64,000 bases of DNA, from the NCBI GenBank assembly GCA_965240325.2, contig OZ251246.1, positions 1 to 64,000 on the forward strand. Direction: 5' to 3'. Origin of the DNA: Rebecca billardiae RCC1528 (lineage: Eukaryota > Protista > Haptophyta). Position 1 is the stretch's first letter. Each line of letters opens with the position of its first letter. The notes under the pieces were generated by a model. That model was not told where the DNA came from and did no database searches. It saw nothing but the letters and a program-made list of their open reading frames with translations. The translations under genes and the position numbers were made by a program. Below are positions 11,167 to 23,517 of this stretch, in pieces.

Positions 11167-14100
11167 CTAGTCGCTCTCCTCCTCCGCCTCCTGGAGCCAC
11201 GTGACAAACGCGGCGGCGCCCTTGCGCGCGGCGACGTGCGCCGCCTTCGCCTCGGGGTGCGTCGCCGCGTTTCCGCCGAACGGCGTCCCGTACCACGCCA
11301 CGACCGCGCCCTCCTCCAGCACGTCCGCGTCGTACAGCCGCTTGAGGATCTGCGAGCCCTTGGGCGCGAGCTCGGCGCACTCGACCGAGACGAGCCGCTC
11401 GAGCGCGGCCAGCATGGCCGCCTGGCAGCGCGAGGGCTTGACGCCGCGCTCCTTGGCCGCGCCGAGCAGCGCCGCCGCCGCCTGCACGCGCGGCTTCTCC
11501 TTGAGCTGCGCGACGATCGAGCCGTCAAAGATGCCCTGCACCGAGCGCGCGCGGTGGGCGGCGCGGCGAGCGTGAGCGCGCGCGGCGCGGCGCGGCGCGG
11601 CGCGGCGCGGCGGCGCGGCGCACCCGCATCGCCGTGCCGATGACCTCGTCGGTCTGCAGCCCCTCGCCCACGCCGAGGGCGAGCGCGTCGCGGCACGCCT
11701 CGCGCAGCCCGCGCTTCGCCTCCGCGCCCTCCGCCTGCGCCGCCGCGCACCGCACACCCGCGTCGAGCGCAGCGCGCACGCGCGCGCCCACGGCCGCGGC
11801 CGAGGGCGGCGCGGCGCCGAGCGTCGCGAGCCGCATCGTGCGCATCGACAGGAAGACGGCGCGGCCGTCGCGGCGGAGGCGGCCGAGGAACTGCTGGTGG
11901 TCCTCCCACGAGAGCGCGGCGCCGAGCTCCTCCGTCATGATCAGCGTGTCCACCGCCACCGAGTCCGTGCCGTACACCGACGAGTAGTCCACGACCACCG
12001 TGTGGATCGGCGGCAGCCGCGCGGCAAACGCGCGCTCGGGCGCGTGCAGCAGCGTCTGCGTGTACAGGCGCGCGACGAGCGGCTCGGTGCCCTCGGAGGC
12101 GGCGTACGCGACGCCGGCGGAGAGCATGAGCAGCGTCGCGTCGTCCACGCCCTCCGCCTCCTCCAAGTCCACCAGCAGCCCCTGCCGCAGCCGCAGCCGC
12201 GTGTCCGCGCCGGCCGCGCCCGCGTCCTCGGGCGCGTCGTCCGCGTCGGTCTTGCGCGAGCGCTCGCGCTCCTTGTCGGAGAGCTTGGCGGCGCCGCGCA
12301 GCTCGGACTTCTTGCCCTTGAGGGCGTGCAGCCGCTCGGTCCACGCGTCCGCGTCGGCCGCGCCCGCGAGCTGCAGCGCGAGCTCGCGCGGCCGCACCGT
12401 CGCCACCATCGTCACCCCCGTGCTCGACAGCGCGCCCACGAGCCCGCCCGGCCGGCGCGCCTTTGTCGTCGGGTCGAGCGTCGCCAGCTTGCGCGCCGGC
12501 TCGTCCCACGCGGCCCTGCGGCGGCGGGGGCGGGGCGGCGGCGGGGCGCGCGCGTGAAGGGGCTGGGCGGGTGGCGCGCGGGCGCGTACGCGCGCGCGCG
12601 CGCGCGCGCACCGGAGCGTGGCGAAGCGCTGCGCGGTGAGCGAGGCCAGCGCCTCCTCGCACGCCTCGCGCGCGCCGCGCAGCGAGTCGTGCAACGCCAT
12701 CCAGCTCGAGGCGGCGCGCGCCGCCTCGTCCGCGTCGTCGGCGGCGGCGGCGGCGGCGGTCGAGTCGGGCGGGGCGTCGTCGGCGTCGGCGAGGGCGAGG
12801 AGCTGCGCCGCGTGCTTGGGCGTGAGGTGGCGCAGCAGCAGGCTCGTGCGCAGCGAGCCGCGCTGCGACGCCGCGTCGGCGAGCTCGCCTGCGCCGCGCG
12901 GCGCGCGCGCGCGAGCGAGTCAGCCAGCGCGCCGCCGGCGCCGGCGCGGCGCGCGCGCGCGCGCGCGCGCGCGGTGCGCACCCCAGTCGCGCACGAGGCG
13001 CAGCAGCGAGACGGGCGCGAGCGTGTCCGCCGCGCGGTCGAGCAGCGCGAGCTGCGCGGTGGGCAGCTCGTACGGCGGCAGCGCGATCGTCGAGCGCACG
13101 GCCGCGCGCCCGCCGCCGTACCACCACTTGGGCAGCGCGCCCCAGCTGCCGAGCGTCGCCGAGGCGAGCACGGTGGTGGCGGGCGCGTGCCGCATGATCG
13201 AGGCGACGGCGGCGGCGACGCGGCCGTTGAGGTGCACGCCCATGTTGGGCTCGTCAAGGTAGAGCACCAGCGAGTCCGGGTGGCACGCGTGCCCGGCCCC
13301 AAACTTGCCCGCCGCCGCGTCGGAGAGCAGCGCGGCCGTCGCCCAAATGTCTGCGATGATCACGGCGGGGCGGCCGCGGCCGCGGTCCGCGTTCTGAGCG
13401 CCGTTGTGCGCGGCGAGCGCGAGCTGGTCGGCGATGGGCCCGGAGCCCGCCGAGCCGTCCTTGGCCTTCTTCGTGCGCACCGAGTACGGGCGGCGCACCT
13501 GCACCGCGCGCGGCGCGGGCGAGGGCGTGTCAGGGCGTGCGCCGCGCGCCGCGCCGCGCGCGGCGGCGGCGGCGGCGGCGGCGGGCTTACCTGGAATGCC
13601 GACGCGGCGCCGTCCGCGGCCGCGGCCGTCCAGTAGACGAGGCGGTGCGCCTCGCACTGCACGCCCACCGCCTTGAGCACCTGCGCGGCGCCGCGCGTGG
13701 AGGGGGAGGGGGGAAGGGTCAGACGGGTGCGCGCACCCAGCACACACCGCGGCGCAGGCACACACACACACACACACACACCTGCTTTGTCGGCACGGTG
13801 TACAGCAGACACGCGCTCGGGTGCGCGCGCTGCAGCAGCTGCATGCCGAGCATGAGCGCCGTGAACGTCTTGCCCGAGCCGGTGGGCGTGGAGAGCACGA
13901 GGTGCAGCGGCAGGTGCGCGCCGCCCGACGCCGCCACGTGCGTGAGCTGCGCGTCCACCATGTCGAGCAGCACCTGCTGATGCCGGTACCGCATCGGCCG
14001 GCCCAGCAACGTGCCGCGGTTGGCGGAGGTGAGGGCAGTGTGCGCGGCGTCGCGGCGCGCGGAGGCGGGCGCGGCGCGCCACGCGGCCTCGCCCGCGGCC

Positions 14101-15633
14101 CAGAGCAGCGAGCCCGGCCCCGTCGCCGCCGCGTACTTGCGCAGCAGCAGCAGGTCCGCCGCCCGCCCGCCCTCCACCGCCTCGAGCCAGCGGCCAAGCA
14201 ACGCCGCCTGCGCCGGCCCGGCCGCGCCCTTGAGCGCGTCGAGCGCGGCGGCGCGCTTCTGTTTGTCGAGCTCGGCCTTGCGCGGCTTGTCCTTGCGCGC
14301 CTCGGCGAGCTCGGGCTCGAAGCACGCCTTGAGCACCTCCTTCGGCGCGCGCGCGTCGCGCAGCGGGAACAGCGCCTCGAACAGCCGCGTGCGCGCCGCG
14401 CCGCTCGGGTCGGCGAGCGCGGACGCGGCGGCCTCGGCGGCGGCGTCGTCGTCCGCGCCGCCGCCGCCGCCCGCCGAGATTGCAATCTCGGCGGGGTTGG
14501 AGAGGTCGACGTACGGCGCGATCTCGCCCATCAGCCGGAACGCCGGCGCGCCCTTCGCCGCCGCCACCACGTCCTTGTTGTCGATCTCCGCCCAGTCCTC
14601 CGCCGAGAGCGACGAGCCGGTGTCGATCATCAGCTTGACGCCGCCCACGTGCGCGACCGCGGCGGCGGAAGCTTCGGCCGAAGCTTCGGGGCCGTCGGTG
14701 GCGGCGAGGGCGGTGCGCGCGTCGGACGCGGCCGCCTCGGAGGCGAGCAGCGCCGCCGCCGCCTCCGCCTCCGCCGCGTCCGCCGCCGCCACCGCCGCCG
14801 CCGCCTCGGCCGCCGCGCCGTCCGCGTCGTCCAGCGAGGCGGCGAGCGGCGGCGCGCGCGGCGGCACCGTCGCGGGCGCGAGCGCGGCGGGCTCGTGCGG
14901 CGGCGCGGAGAGGAGGAGCTCGCGGCAGAGCGCGAGGTCGTGCGCGCCGCGCGCCGACGCGAGGAGCAGCGCGTGCGCCGCCACCACGTCGCGCGCCACG
15001 CTCGCGTGCGCCGCGCCCGGCGCGAGCGCGTGCGCGCCCGCCGGGCCGACGCGCGCGCCGCCCGCGCCGAGCGCGGCGGCGAGCGCATCGTAGCACGCGG
15101 CGGCGTCGGCGCCGGGCGGCAGCGCGGCGAGCTCGGGCGCGAGCGCGAGCGCCGCGCCGTCGTACGGCGCCACCGCCACGCCCGGCGCGTCCACCTCCGG
15201 CGCGAACCAGCCGCCCGCCGCCGGCGCCGAGATTGCAATCTCGGCGGCGGCCGGCTCGGCGGCCGGCGGCGGCGCGGCGGCGCGCGCGCGCGCGGCGGCG
15301 AGGGCGGCGGCGTGCGCGGCGGGCGGCGCGTCGACCATGCAGCGCAGCGCGCCGGCGCTCCCGTCCCACTCGTACACCGGCAGCGGCCCCGCCAGCTCGC
15401 CGCCGCCCGCCGCCGAGCCGTGCGCGCCGAGCGCGGCGCGCGGCGGGTCGGCGCGCAGCGCGGCCGCGTACGCTGCGCCGCGCGCGCCGCGCAGCACGCG
15501 CGCGGCGTGCGCGCCGGCGGCGGCGGCGTCGGGCGCGGTGTCGCGCGCGTCGGCGACCGCCGCGTCGAGCGCGCCCGCGCCCGCCGCCGACGCGAAGCCC
15601 GACGCCACCGCGTCGAGCAGCGCGCGCGGGCAC

Positions 15634-15668
<35 letters not shown>

Positions 15669-16761
15669 CGCGGCGGGCAGCGGCGGCGGCGCGGCGGGCG
15701 GCGCGGCGGCCGCGGCGGCCGCGGCGGCGGCGAGCACGCCGATCGCGCCGCGCAGCGCGCCGAGCTCCTTCTCGCCCACCTCCGACGGCGGCACGCGCAG
15801 CGTCCCTTCGAAGAAGGCGCGCGGCGGCACGGCGGGCGCGCCGCCCAGCCCGGCCTCGGAGAGCCACTGACCTGCGGCGAGCGCGGGCGAGCGCACGGCG
15901 GGCGGGCGCGGCGCGCCGCGCGGGCGGCCGCCGCCGTAGAGCGCGGCGACGGCGTAGCGCAGCTCGGGGCCCACCGCGCCGCGCGCGTGCGGGCACCACC
16001 GCCGGCGCAGCGCGCCCCAGCACGCCGCCCCCTGCCACACGTGCAGCGTCGCGCCGCCCGTGCAAGCCGCCACGTCCGACACCGTCGCGAGCCGCTCGGC
16101 GCCGAGGACGATGTACTCGGCGGAGGCGGAGAGGATGGCGAAGACGGGCGCGCTGCTGCGCGTCGCCTCGTGGTACGCGAGCAGCTCTGCGCGCGCGCGG
16201 CGGCGCGCGCGGCGGCGCGTGAGCGCGCGCGCGCGCGCAAGCGCGAGCGCGCGCGCGCGAGGGGCAAGCTGGGCGCGAGATTGCAATCTGGGCGCGGCGG
16301 CGCGCACCGGGCAGGTGGGCGAGGCCCGAGCCGGCGACGGTGGTGGGCCCGGCGGCGGGGGCGCGCCACTCCACGCCGAGCTCGGCGCACACCGCCGCGA
16401 GCGCCGCGTGCCCCGCCACCGCCTCGTCCTCCTCCGCGCCGTCGCGCGCGGCGCTCGCGGCGAGCCGCGCGCGCGCCTCGGCCGGCGCGGCGGCGCCGCC
16501 GGCGAAGACGACGAGCTCGAGGCCGGTGTCGCGCAGCGCGCGGAAGAAGTCGAGCAGCTCGAGGTACAGCACCCGCGCCGCCGCGTGCCCGTGCGCCGAG
16601 CGCCCGCGCGCGGGCGCGCACCGCTCGGCGCAGTGCGCGATCACGGCAGGGCCGTCGACGAGCAGCGCGCGCGCGGCGCGCGAGCGCGCCTGGCCGCGGG
16701 TGAGCGTGACGATGGTGGGGCGGACGTCGCGCTGGAACGCGGTGAGCAGCGCCTGCGCCAT
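11167..16761 (-). CDS. DDX60/Ski2-like SF2 helicase with an N-terminal PIN-like region and a C-terminal W2 (eIF5C) domain; 7 exons
   Basis: Introns 16187-16307, 13681-13781, 13499-13590, 12889-12981, 12516-12611 and 11536-11623 (all GT-AG) join into one frame. Helicase motifs: LVLSTPTGSGKT (I), YTVPTKQ (Ia), LYLDEP (II), LASATL (III), QQFLGRLRRDG (VI). The N-terminus (LLVDGPAV..FFRALRDTGLELVVF) is PIN-like. The C-terminus (ILKRLYDADVLEEGAVVAWY..FVTWLQEAEEESD) is a typical W2 domain. Confidence 0.8.
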
Positions 16762-17025
16762 TCGCTCCGCGTGCGCGCCGCCGTGCGCCCTGGGTCGCGC
16801 TGCGCGCCGGGTGGGTGTGGTGTGCGGCGGGCGGCTTTTGGGGGCTGCTCCCGCGCGGGACGCGATGCGGCCGCGCGCCGCTTGGAGACGTGGCGGTCCG
16901 GGCGCGTGGCCCGCTCGTGAGTCCGGAACTCTTTCTTTCCTTTTGTCGCGCGGGCTTTTATTTCGATCCAATTCTGCTACTACTGCTGAATGATTAATGG
17001 CGGCTATTCATTTCTTGCTCTCGTA

Positions 17026-17237
17026 TCAGCGCGCGAGCGCGAGCTTGGCCGGGCTGGCGGGCTTGGACGAGCCGGCCGCGGCCGCGCACGAGGAGGGCGC
17101 GCGGCGGAGCGCGCGGCGCTCGTCGTCGGCGTCCTCGTCCTCCTCCGACGCGCCGTCCACGTCGTCGTCCGCGCCGCCCGAGCCGCCGCTGTACTCGCCG
17201 CCGAGCCGCACCGCGCCGTCCGAGCCCGAGCCGCCGC

Positions 17238-17286
<49 letters not shown>

Positions 17287-18314
17287 CGCCGCCGCCGGGA
17301 CGTAGGCGCCGCTGAGCGCGGCGGCGATGGCGCGCGGCGAGCCGATGATCCCCGCCTCGCCGAGCTCGGCCCACAGCCCGCCGCTCGAGCGCCGACCCCG
17401 CCGCCCCGACCGCGGCAGCCTCCCGGACTCGAGGAACGCCGCGGCGGCCGGACCATATGGGTGCGGGTGCGTCGCGAGCGCAGACTTGCACACTGGACGC
17501 GGCGCGCGGCGGCGGCGCGCGGCGGCGGCGGCGCGCGGCGGCGGCGCGCGGCGGGGGCGCGCGAGAGGCGGCTCGGTGAGCGGCGGCGCGTGCGCGGCGG
17601 CGCGAGCGAGCGGCGGCGGCGCGGTGGTGCTGCGGCGGCGCGCACCCGAGATGAGCGGCACCGCCAGCGCCATCCCGGAGCCGCCCCACAGCGTGCCAAA
17701 GGCGGCCAGCCCGACAACAATGGCCGCCGGGTGGAGCGTCATTGCGCGCGCCATGAACACCTGCTCGACGCAGTTGTCGACGACGAGGTGCATGGCGGCG
17801 GTGGAGAGGGTGAGCGCGAGGAGGCGCACGCCGGTGGTGCCCGGGTCCGCCATCGCGAGCGGCAGCGGCAGCACGATCGCGATCGCCGAGCCTGCGCGGC
17901 GGCGGCGCGGCGGCGCGGCGGCGCGGCGGCGCGGCTCGCGGCGGTCAGCCGCGCGCGCGCCCGCGCGAGATTGCAATCTCGGCCGCGGCGCGCACCGGCG
18001 ATGGGGATCCAGTTGAGCCAGAAGACGAGGAGGCCGACGACGGGCCAGAGCGGCACGGCGAACCCCGCGCAGATCGCCGCCGCGCCCACCGCCTTCCCCA
18101 GGCAGATCAGAAGCTTCCATCGAACGTAAGTCGAAGCCTGCCGCTGCCACGACGGCGGCGCGGCGGCGCCCGCCGACGCGGAGCGGTGCCGCAGTGGGCG
18201 CAGCGCCGCCGCGGCGGCGGCGGCGGCGGTGGGGTTGGGCGCGGGGTGGTGCGGCGGCGCGGGGAGGCCCTTGGCGCCGCGCTCCGCCGCGCCGGCCGCG
18301 CCCTCCTCCTCCTC

Positions 18315-18345
<31 letters not shown>

Positions 18346-19460
18346 CCCGGCGGCGGCGAGTGCAGCGGCGCCCAGCGCGCGCCGCCGCCGCCGCCGCCGG
18401 GCCGCGGCGGCGGCGCGGGCGAGCGCGCCGCCGCCGCGGCCGCGGCCGCGTCGTCGCCCGGCGGCGCGGGGCCGATGAGGAAGAGCCAGAGGACGACGAC
18501 GACGAGCGCCGACGAGACGAAGCCGAGCACGCCGCCGAGCAGCCCGCCCACCACCTGCGCCGACGCGAGCTGCGAGAGCGCCGCGTCGAGCAAGCCGTCG
18601 AGCTCCAGGTAGCGGTCGTATCCGCGCGCCGCGTACCACGCGCGGAAAGTCCGGACGCCCTCGCCGACGTGGGCGGCGTACTGGTCGGCGTTGGAGAGGA
18701 AGTCGGAGACGGCGGAGAGCGTGAGCAGCACCACGCCCGCCACCGCGCCGAGGCACACGCACAGCGTGCCCACCACCGCGAGCGGGCGCGGCAGCCCGCG
18801 CGCCGCCGCGCTCTCGACGAGCGGCTCGAGCATGATTTTCAATAAAAGCGCGAGCAGCAGCAATTTTAAAATCCCCTGGAAGTACCACAGCGCAAACCCG
18901 GCGGCGACGAGCGCAATCACGCCGAGCGCGATCGGGACGAAGCGGCCCTCGAGGCGCTCGGCGCTCGGCGCGGAGGCGTGCGCGCCGCCGCCGCACCCGC
19001 CGCCGCCGCCACCGCGCGCGCCGCCGCCGCACCCGCCGCCGCCGCCGCCGCCGGGCGAGTGCGGCGAGATGGGCGCGCGCAGCGCGTGCTGCGCGCCGCC
19101 GCCGGGCCGCTCGCGCGTGCGCGCGCGCAGCGGCGGCGCGTCGGCGCCGCCGGGCGCGGCCTGCGCGCGCACCGCGCGCTCGAGCGCCTCCGCGTCGAGC
19201 AGCACCCACTCCGCCCCGCCGCTCGCGCCGCCGTACCCGCCGGGCGCGCCGCCGCCGAGATTGCCATCTCGCGCCTCGACGTACGCGCTCGGGTGCGCGC
19301 CCGCGGCGGCGCGGAGCGCGCGCGCGGCGGCGCGGTGGTCGGCGCGGCCGGCGGCGTCGCGCGAGACCGCCAGGCGCACGCGGCGCAGCGCCGCGCCCTC
19401 GTCCACCTCGAGCAGCGTGCGCACCACGCACGGCGGCGGCGCGGGCGGCGGCGCCGCCAT
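17026..19460 (-). CDS. AI-2E (UPF0118/PerM) family membrane transporter, 3 exons (introns 17892-17995 and 17493-17645)
   Basis: Family-like segments: ILKLLLLALLLKIMLEPLV..RGLPRPLAVV, YVRWKLLICL, LVFWLNWIPIAGSAIAIVLP, VVDNCVEQVFMARAMTLHPAAIVVGLAAFGTLWGGSGMALAVPL. Several hydrophobic helices. GT-AG introns restore the frame. Confidence 0.88.
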
Positions 19461-19969
19461 CGGAAGAGGGCCGCCCGCCCTTTCCTTCCGGGAGGTCGTC
19501 GGGCAACCGCGCCCGCCGCCTTTTTCTATGAGCAGCAGGCAGCAGCAGTCTTTCGGCAGCGGTGCGCACCCAGGCATTGTCAGAGGAGAGAGAAGGGGCA
19601 GACGTATCCTCGAGGATCGGCGCGGGACTTGGAGGAAAACCATGTCTCAGCGGATCCTCGAGGATAGAACTTCGCCGGCTCCAGAGACTTGCGCGCAGTG
19701 ACGATGCTTGCTCGCCACCTCGCCTCCGCTTCGCAGCGGTTCCTGCAAGCTCTGCCCGGTTCACACAGCGCGTGTCCGCCCTCCCTCCGACGGTGCTCGG
19801 CTCAGCTCGACGAGACGACGACGACTCGCACCAGGCGGGCGAGGACTCGCACCAGGCGGACTCGCACCGGGCAACGCGCCGTGCCTGACCTGGTCGATCC
19901 TCGAGGTGGGGCCATCATGGGCGCGCGCCATGCCGCTTCAAGCCTGCGCCGTTGGGCATGCCATGGCGT

Positions 19970-20330
19970 GCACGAGCGGCGCACGCGTGGCTCGTGGCTC
20001 GCCGCTGCCTGCCGCTGCCTACCAGGCGAGCCGCTGGCCCTGATCGGCGCATCGACCCACCTCCTCGCGCCGCACGGCTCGCCGCGTACACACCGGTGGG
20101 CGCACAGGCGACGACAGTAAGCATGTCGCGACCGAGGGCGGCTCGCCGTGCGCGCGCCGCGCCCCCGTTTGTCTACCCGGCGGCGGCGCGCGGTACGGGC
20201 CGCCAGGGCGCGCGGTTGACCATCGGAACCGACTATCGCACGCAGCGCATTCGCGCTTTTCCACTGGCGAGCCACGCGCGCGCAGCGGAGCGAGAGCACG
20301 CCCCCGGCTTCACGCCGCCCGCACGGCGCA
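19970..20330 (-). repeat. Inverted, diverged copy of the unit at ~21340-21660
   Basis: 20020-20145 (CCAGGCGAGCCGCT...GTAAGCATGTCGCGACCGAGGGCGGCTC) is approximately the reverse complement of 21500-21620 (GAGCCGCCCTCGGTCGCGCCATGCTTAC...AGCGGCTCGCCTGG). Confidence 0.8.
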
Positions 20331-20774
20331 GCACCAGCATAGCTAGCTGAAGACCAGCCTATCAGTGTACCTACCAGATCGACTGCCAGACGATAGTAAT
20401 ATTATTATAGTTATACGTGCTTTGGCTGTCGGAGTCGCGTGTCGTCACTTGCTGTCAGTCCGCGGGCGGCGCTACGCCGCCGCCGCCTAAGAGGCGCCGT
20501 GCCAGTGCCTGACTGACGGCGGGGGCCCCGCCGGCGGCCGTGCCGCGGGTGGCGGGCCCGCGGCTCGGCCGGCGGCGGCGCTCGGGCCGCCCCGCGCCTC
20601 CAGCGGGCCCGCCAGCGGCCATAAGCTAGCGCAGTATGACAGCGCGCAACATGCATCATCAGCATCGAGCGATCATCGTTCGTCTGAGTCTGACGACGCA
20701 GCGCAGCCCGCGTACCGGATACGGGATAGCACGGGGCGCGCATCTCCGAGAGTAACAGCTGCCTACTGCTGCTG

Positions 20775-20874
<100 letters not shown>

Positions 20875-21499
20875 TTTAGCGCATATATCTGTCTGCGAGC
20901 CGACGGAGTATCATCGAGGCCACAGAGTCGACCGTCCGAGTCCGTCAGACCGTCATCACCGAGCCGCCCGCGTTTAATGTAATATAATAATACTATATAT
21001 TATTGATGTAATATATATATAGCCTGACACGCACATATATGCGTGATGACGACCAGTAATCTGCCGTGTCGGTCGTCCACCGTGCCGCTCGGCTGCGCTG
21101 AGCCGACACTGGCCGAGTCAAAGTGTACGGTCGTCCTGCGCGGTACGGCCGGGGTGGTACTACGGGCTGCTGGTCTATATATATACGTAGTGAGTAGGCA
21201 GCCGGGACGGTTCGACCGCGCCGGGGCGGCCGCCTGCGGCCTGGCACTGCCCGCAGTGGGCTGACACTGCGTGCTCAGTCTGGTAGGCTGCTGGTAGGCT
21301 GGTAGGCTATGCTGGTACTGCGCCGCGACTAGGGGCATGCTCTCGCTACGCCGCGCGCGCGTGGCTCGTATGAACAAGCGAATGTGCCGCGTGCAATAGG
21401 CTGGTCCGATGGCTAATCGTGCGCCTGCGCGGCCCGTGCCGCGCGCCGCCGCCGGGGGAAAGAGGACGAATGAAAAATTGGCAGCGCGGCGTGCGCAAG

Positions 21500-22510
21500 G
21501 TGAGCCGCCCTCGGTCGCGCCATGCTTACAGTCGCCTGCGCGCCCGCCGGTGCGCCCGCGGCGAGCAACGCGGCGCGAGGAGGTGGGCCGATGCGCCCAG
21601 GGGAGCGGCTCGCCTGGTGGCCAGCGGCGAGCCACGTGCCGCTCGCGCGCCGCCCGTGCACGCCGCCGGGGGGACAAATGGATGTGGGCGCGGCGCGCGC
21701 GGTGTGAGCCCTGAGCCGCCCTCGGTCGCGCCACGCTTACCGTCACCTGCGCGCCCGCCGGTGCGCACGCGGCGCGCCAAGCGGCGCGAGGAGGCGGGCC
21801 GATGCGCCCAGGGGAGCGGCTCGCCTGGTGACCAGCGGCGAGCCACGTGCCGCGCGCGCGCCGCGGCGCCGCCGCCCGTGCGCGCCGCCGCGGGCACAAA
21901 TGGATGTGGGCGCGGCGCGCGCGATGTGAGCCCTGAGCCGCCCTCGGTCGCGCCACGCTTACCGTCACCTGCGCGCCCGCCGGTGCGCACGCGGCGCGCC
22001 AAGCGGCGCGAGGAGGCGGGCCGATGCGCCCAGGGGAGCGGCTCGCCTGGTGGCTAGCGGCGAGCCACGTGCCGCGCGCGCGCCGCCCGTGCGCGCCGCC
22101 GGGGGGACGAATGGATGTGGGCGCGGCGCGCGCGATGTGAGCCCTGAGCCGCCCTCGGTCGCGCCACGCTTACCGTCACCTGCGTGCCCGCCGGTGCGCA
22201 CGCGGCGCGCCAAGCGGCGCGAGGAGGCGGGCCGATGCGCCCAGGGGAGCGGCTCGCCTGGTGGCTAGCGGCGAGCCACGTGCCGCGCGCGCGCCGCCCG
22301 TGCGCGCCGCCGGGGGGACAAATGGATGTGGGCGCGGCGCGCGCGGTGTGAGCCCTGAGCCGCCCTCGGTCGCGCCACGCTTACCGTCACCTGCGCGCCC
22401 GCCGGTGCGCACGTGCTGCGCCAGGCGGCGCGAGGAGGCGGGCCGATGCGCCCAGGGCGAGCGGCTCGCCTGGTGGCCAGCGGCTAGCGCGAGCGGCGAG
22501 CCACGCGTGG
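21500..22510. repeat. Tandem satellite, ~211-222 bp unit, about 5 copies
   Basis: GAGCCGCCCTCGGTCGCGCCA recurs at ~21502, 21714, 21936, 22147 and 22357, and the unit bodies are near-identical. Confidence 0.95.
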
Positions 22511-23466
22511 TGCGCACGCCGCCTGTGTGCCTCTTGCTGAGTTGCTGTGCGCACCGACTCATCCTTTGCGCCCACGCCCCGCAGCTCGTCCACCGGGCGC
22601 CTCGCCGCGCCGTGCGCTAGCTGCAGGTCAAAAGTGCCCGTGCCGCAGGTCGCGGCGCTCAGGCATGGCATCAGCTTCGCCAGTGGGTGCCAACGGTGCC
22701 GCGCGCAACGCCGAGCACGTAGGCAGCGCGTCGCCAAGACGGTGAGGCGCGCGACGGGCGCCTCCTCTATGCCCGCTGCCAGCACGTCGCAGAGCATGCG
22801 CGTGCTTGGCGCGACCGGCGCGACGAGTAGCAGCGCGCGCCCATCTCCAGCTCCAGCCAGCTCCGACGCAGCGTCTTGCCCGCATGCAGCACGATGCTGC
22901 GTGTGGCACTCGGGCCCGCCACTCATGCGCGCGCAGCAGCAGTGCTGGCAGCCTAGGCTCTGGCCGCCTGGCACATCGCACAGCCGCTGGCTCGTCTCGG
23001 GCAGGGTGCCTGGGCGCCCCCGCAGCACGCGCACAGTGCACGCCCCACTGCCCCACCGCCACCGACCAGCGAGCGCCCATCAACCCTACCCTAGTCCCTA
23101 CGCCCTCCGACGTTCGTCGTCCCTACCCTACCCCATCACCCGACCGAGCCGGGGCGCGGCTGCTACATACGCTCCGGCAAGCGCCACATAGTAAACGTCC
23201 CCCCGGAGGCAGCTCGGTAGTGTCGTCAATTATCGTCGACATACCATAACTACACGGAAGCGGGTGCGTCCCCCTCGGGATCCGGATTAAGCTCGGCACG
23301 CCTGCACCCCTAGCGTAGCAGCTGAGGACTTACCAGCATCGATTAAGTATCCCCTTACCGCAGGTTGCTTCTATGCTGGCTTATGAATGCAGTACTCACC
23401 GCCCCCCCGGAGGCAGCGCACCCCGCACGCTGCTGGTATTGATGCCTTGTACGGCGCCGTGCCGGG

Positions 23467-23517
23467 CTAGTCCGGAAATAACGGCACGCCGACGGCGCGC
23501 CGTTATTTCCGGACTAG
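23467..23517. other. 24-bp-stem hairpin/palindrome with a 3-nt loop
   Basis: CTAGTCCGGAAATAACGGCACGCC-GAC-GGCGCGCCGTTATTTCCGGACTAG; the arms are reverse complements with one mismatch. Confidence 0.9.

Noticed and set aside
14476-14489. EIAIS/RDCNL as a conserved protein motif
   Set aside because: The same DNA occurs in introns and is read in different frames in unrelated proteins, so the conservation is at nucleotide level.
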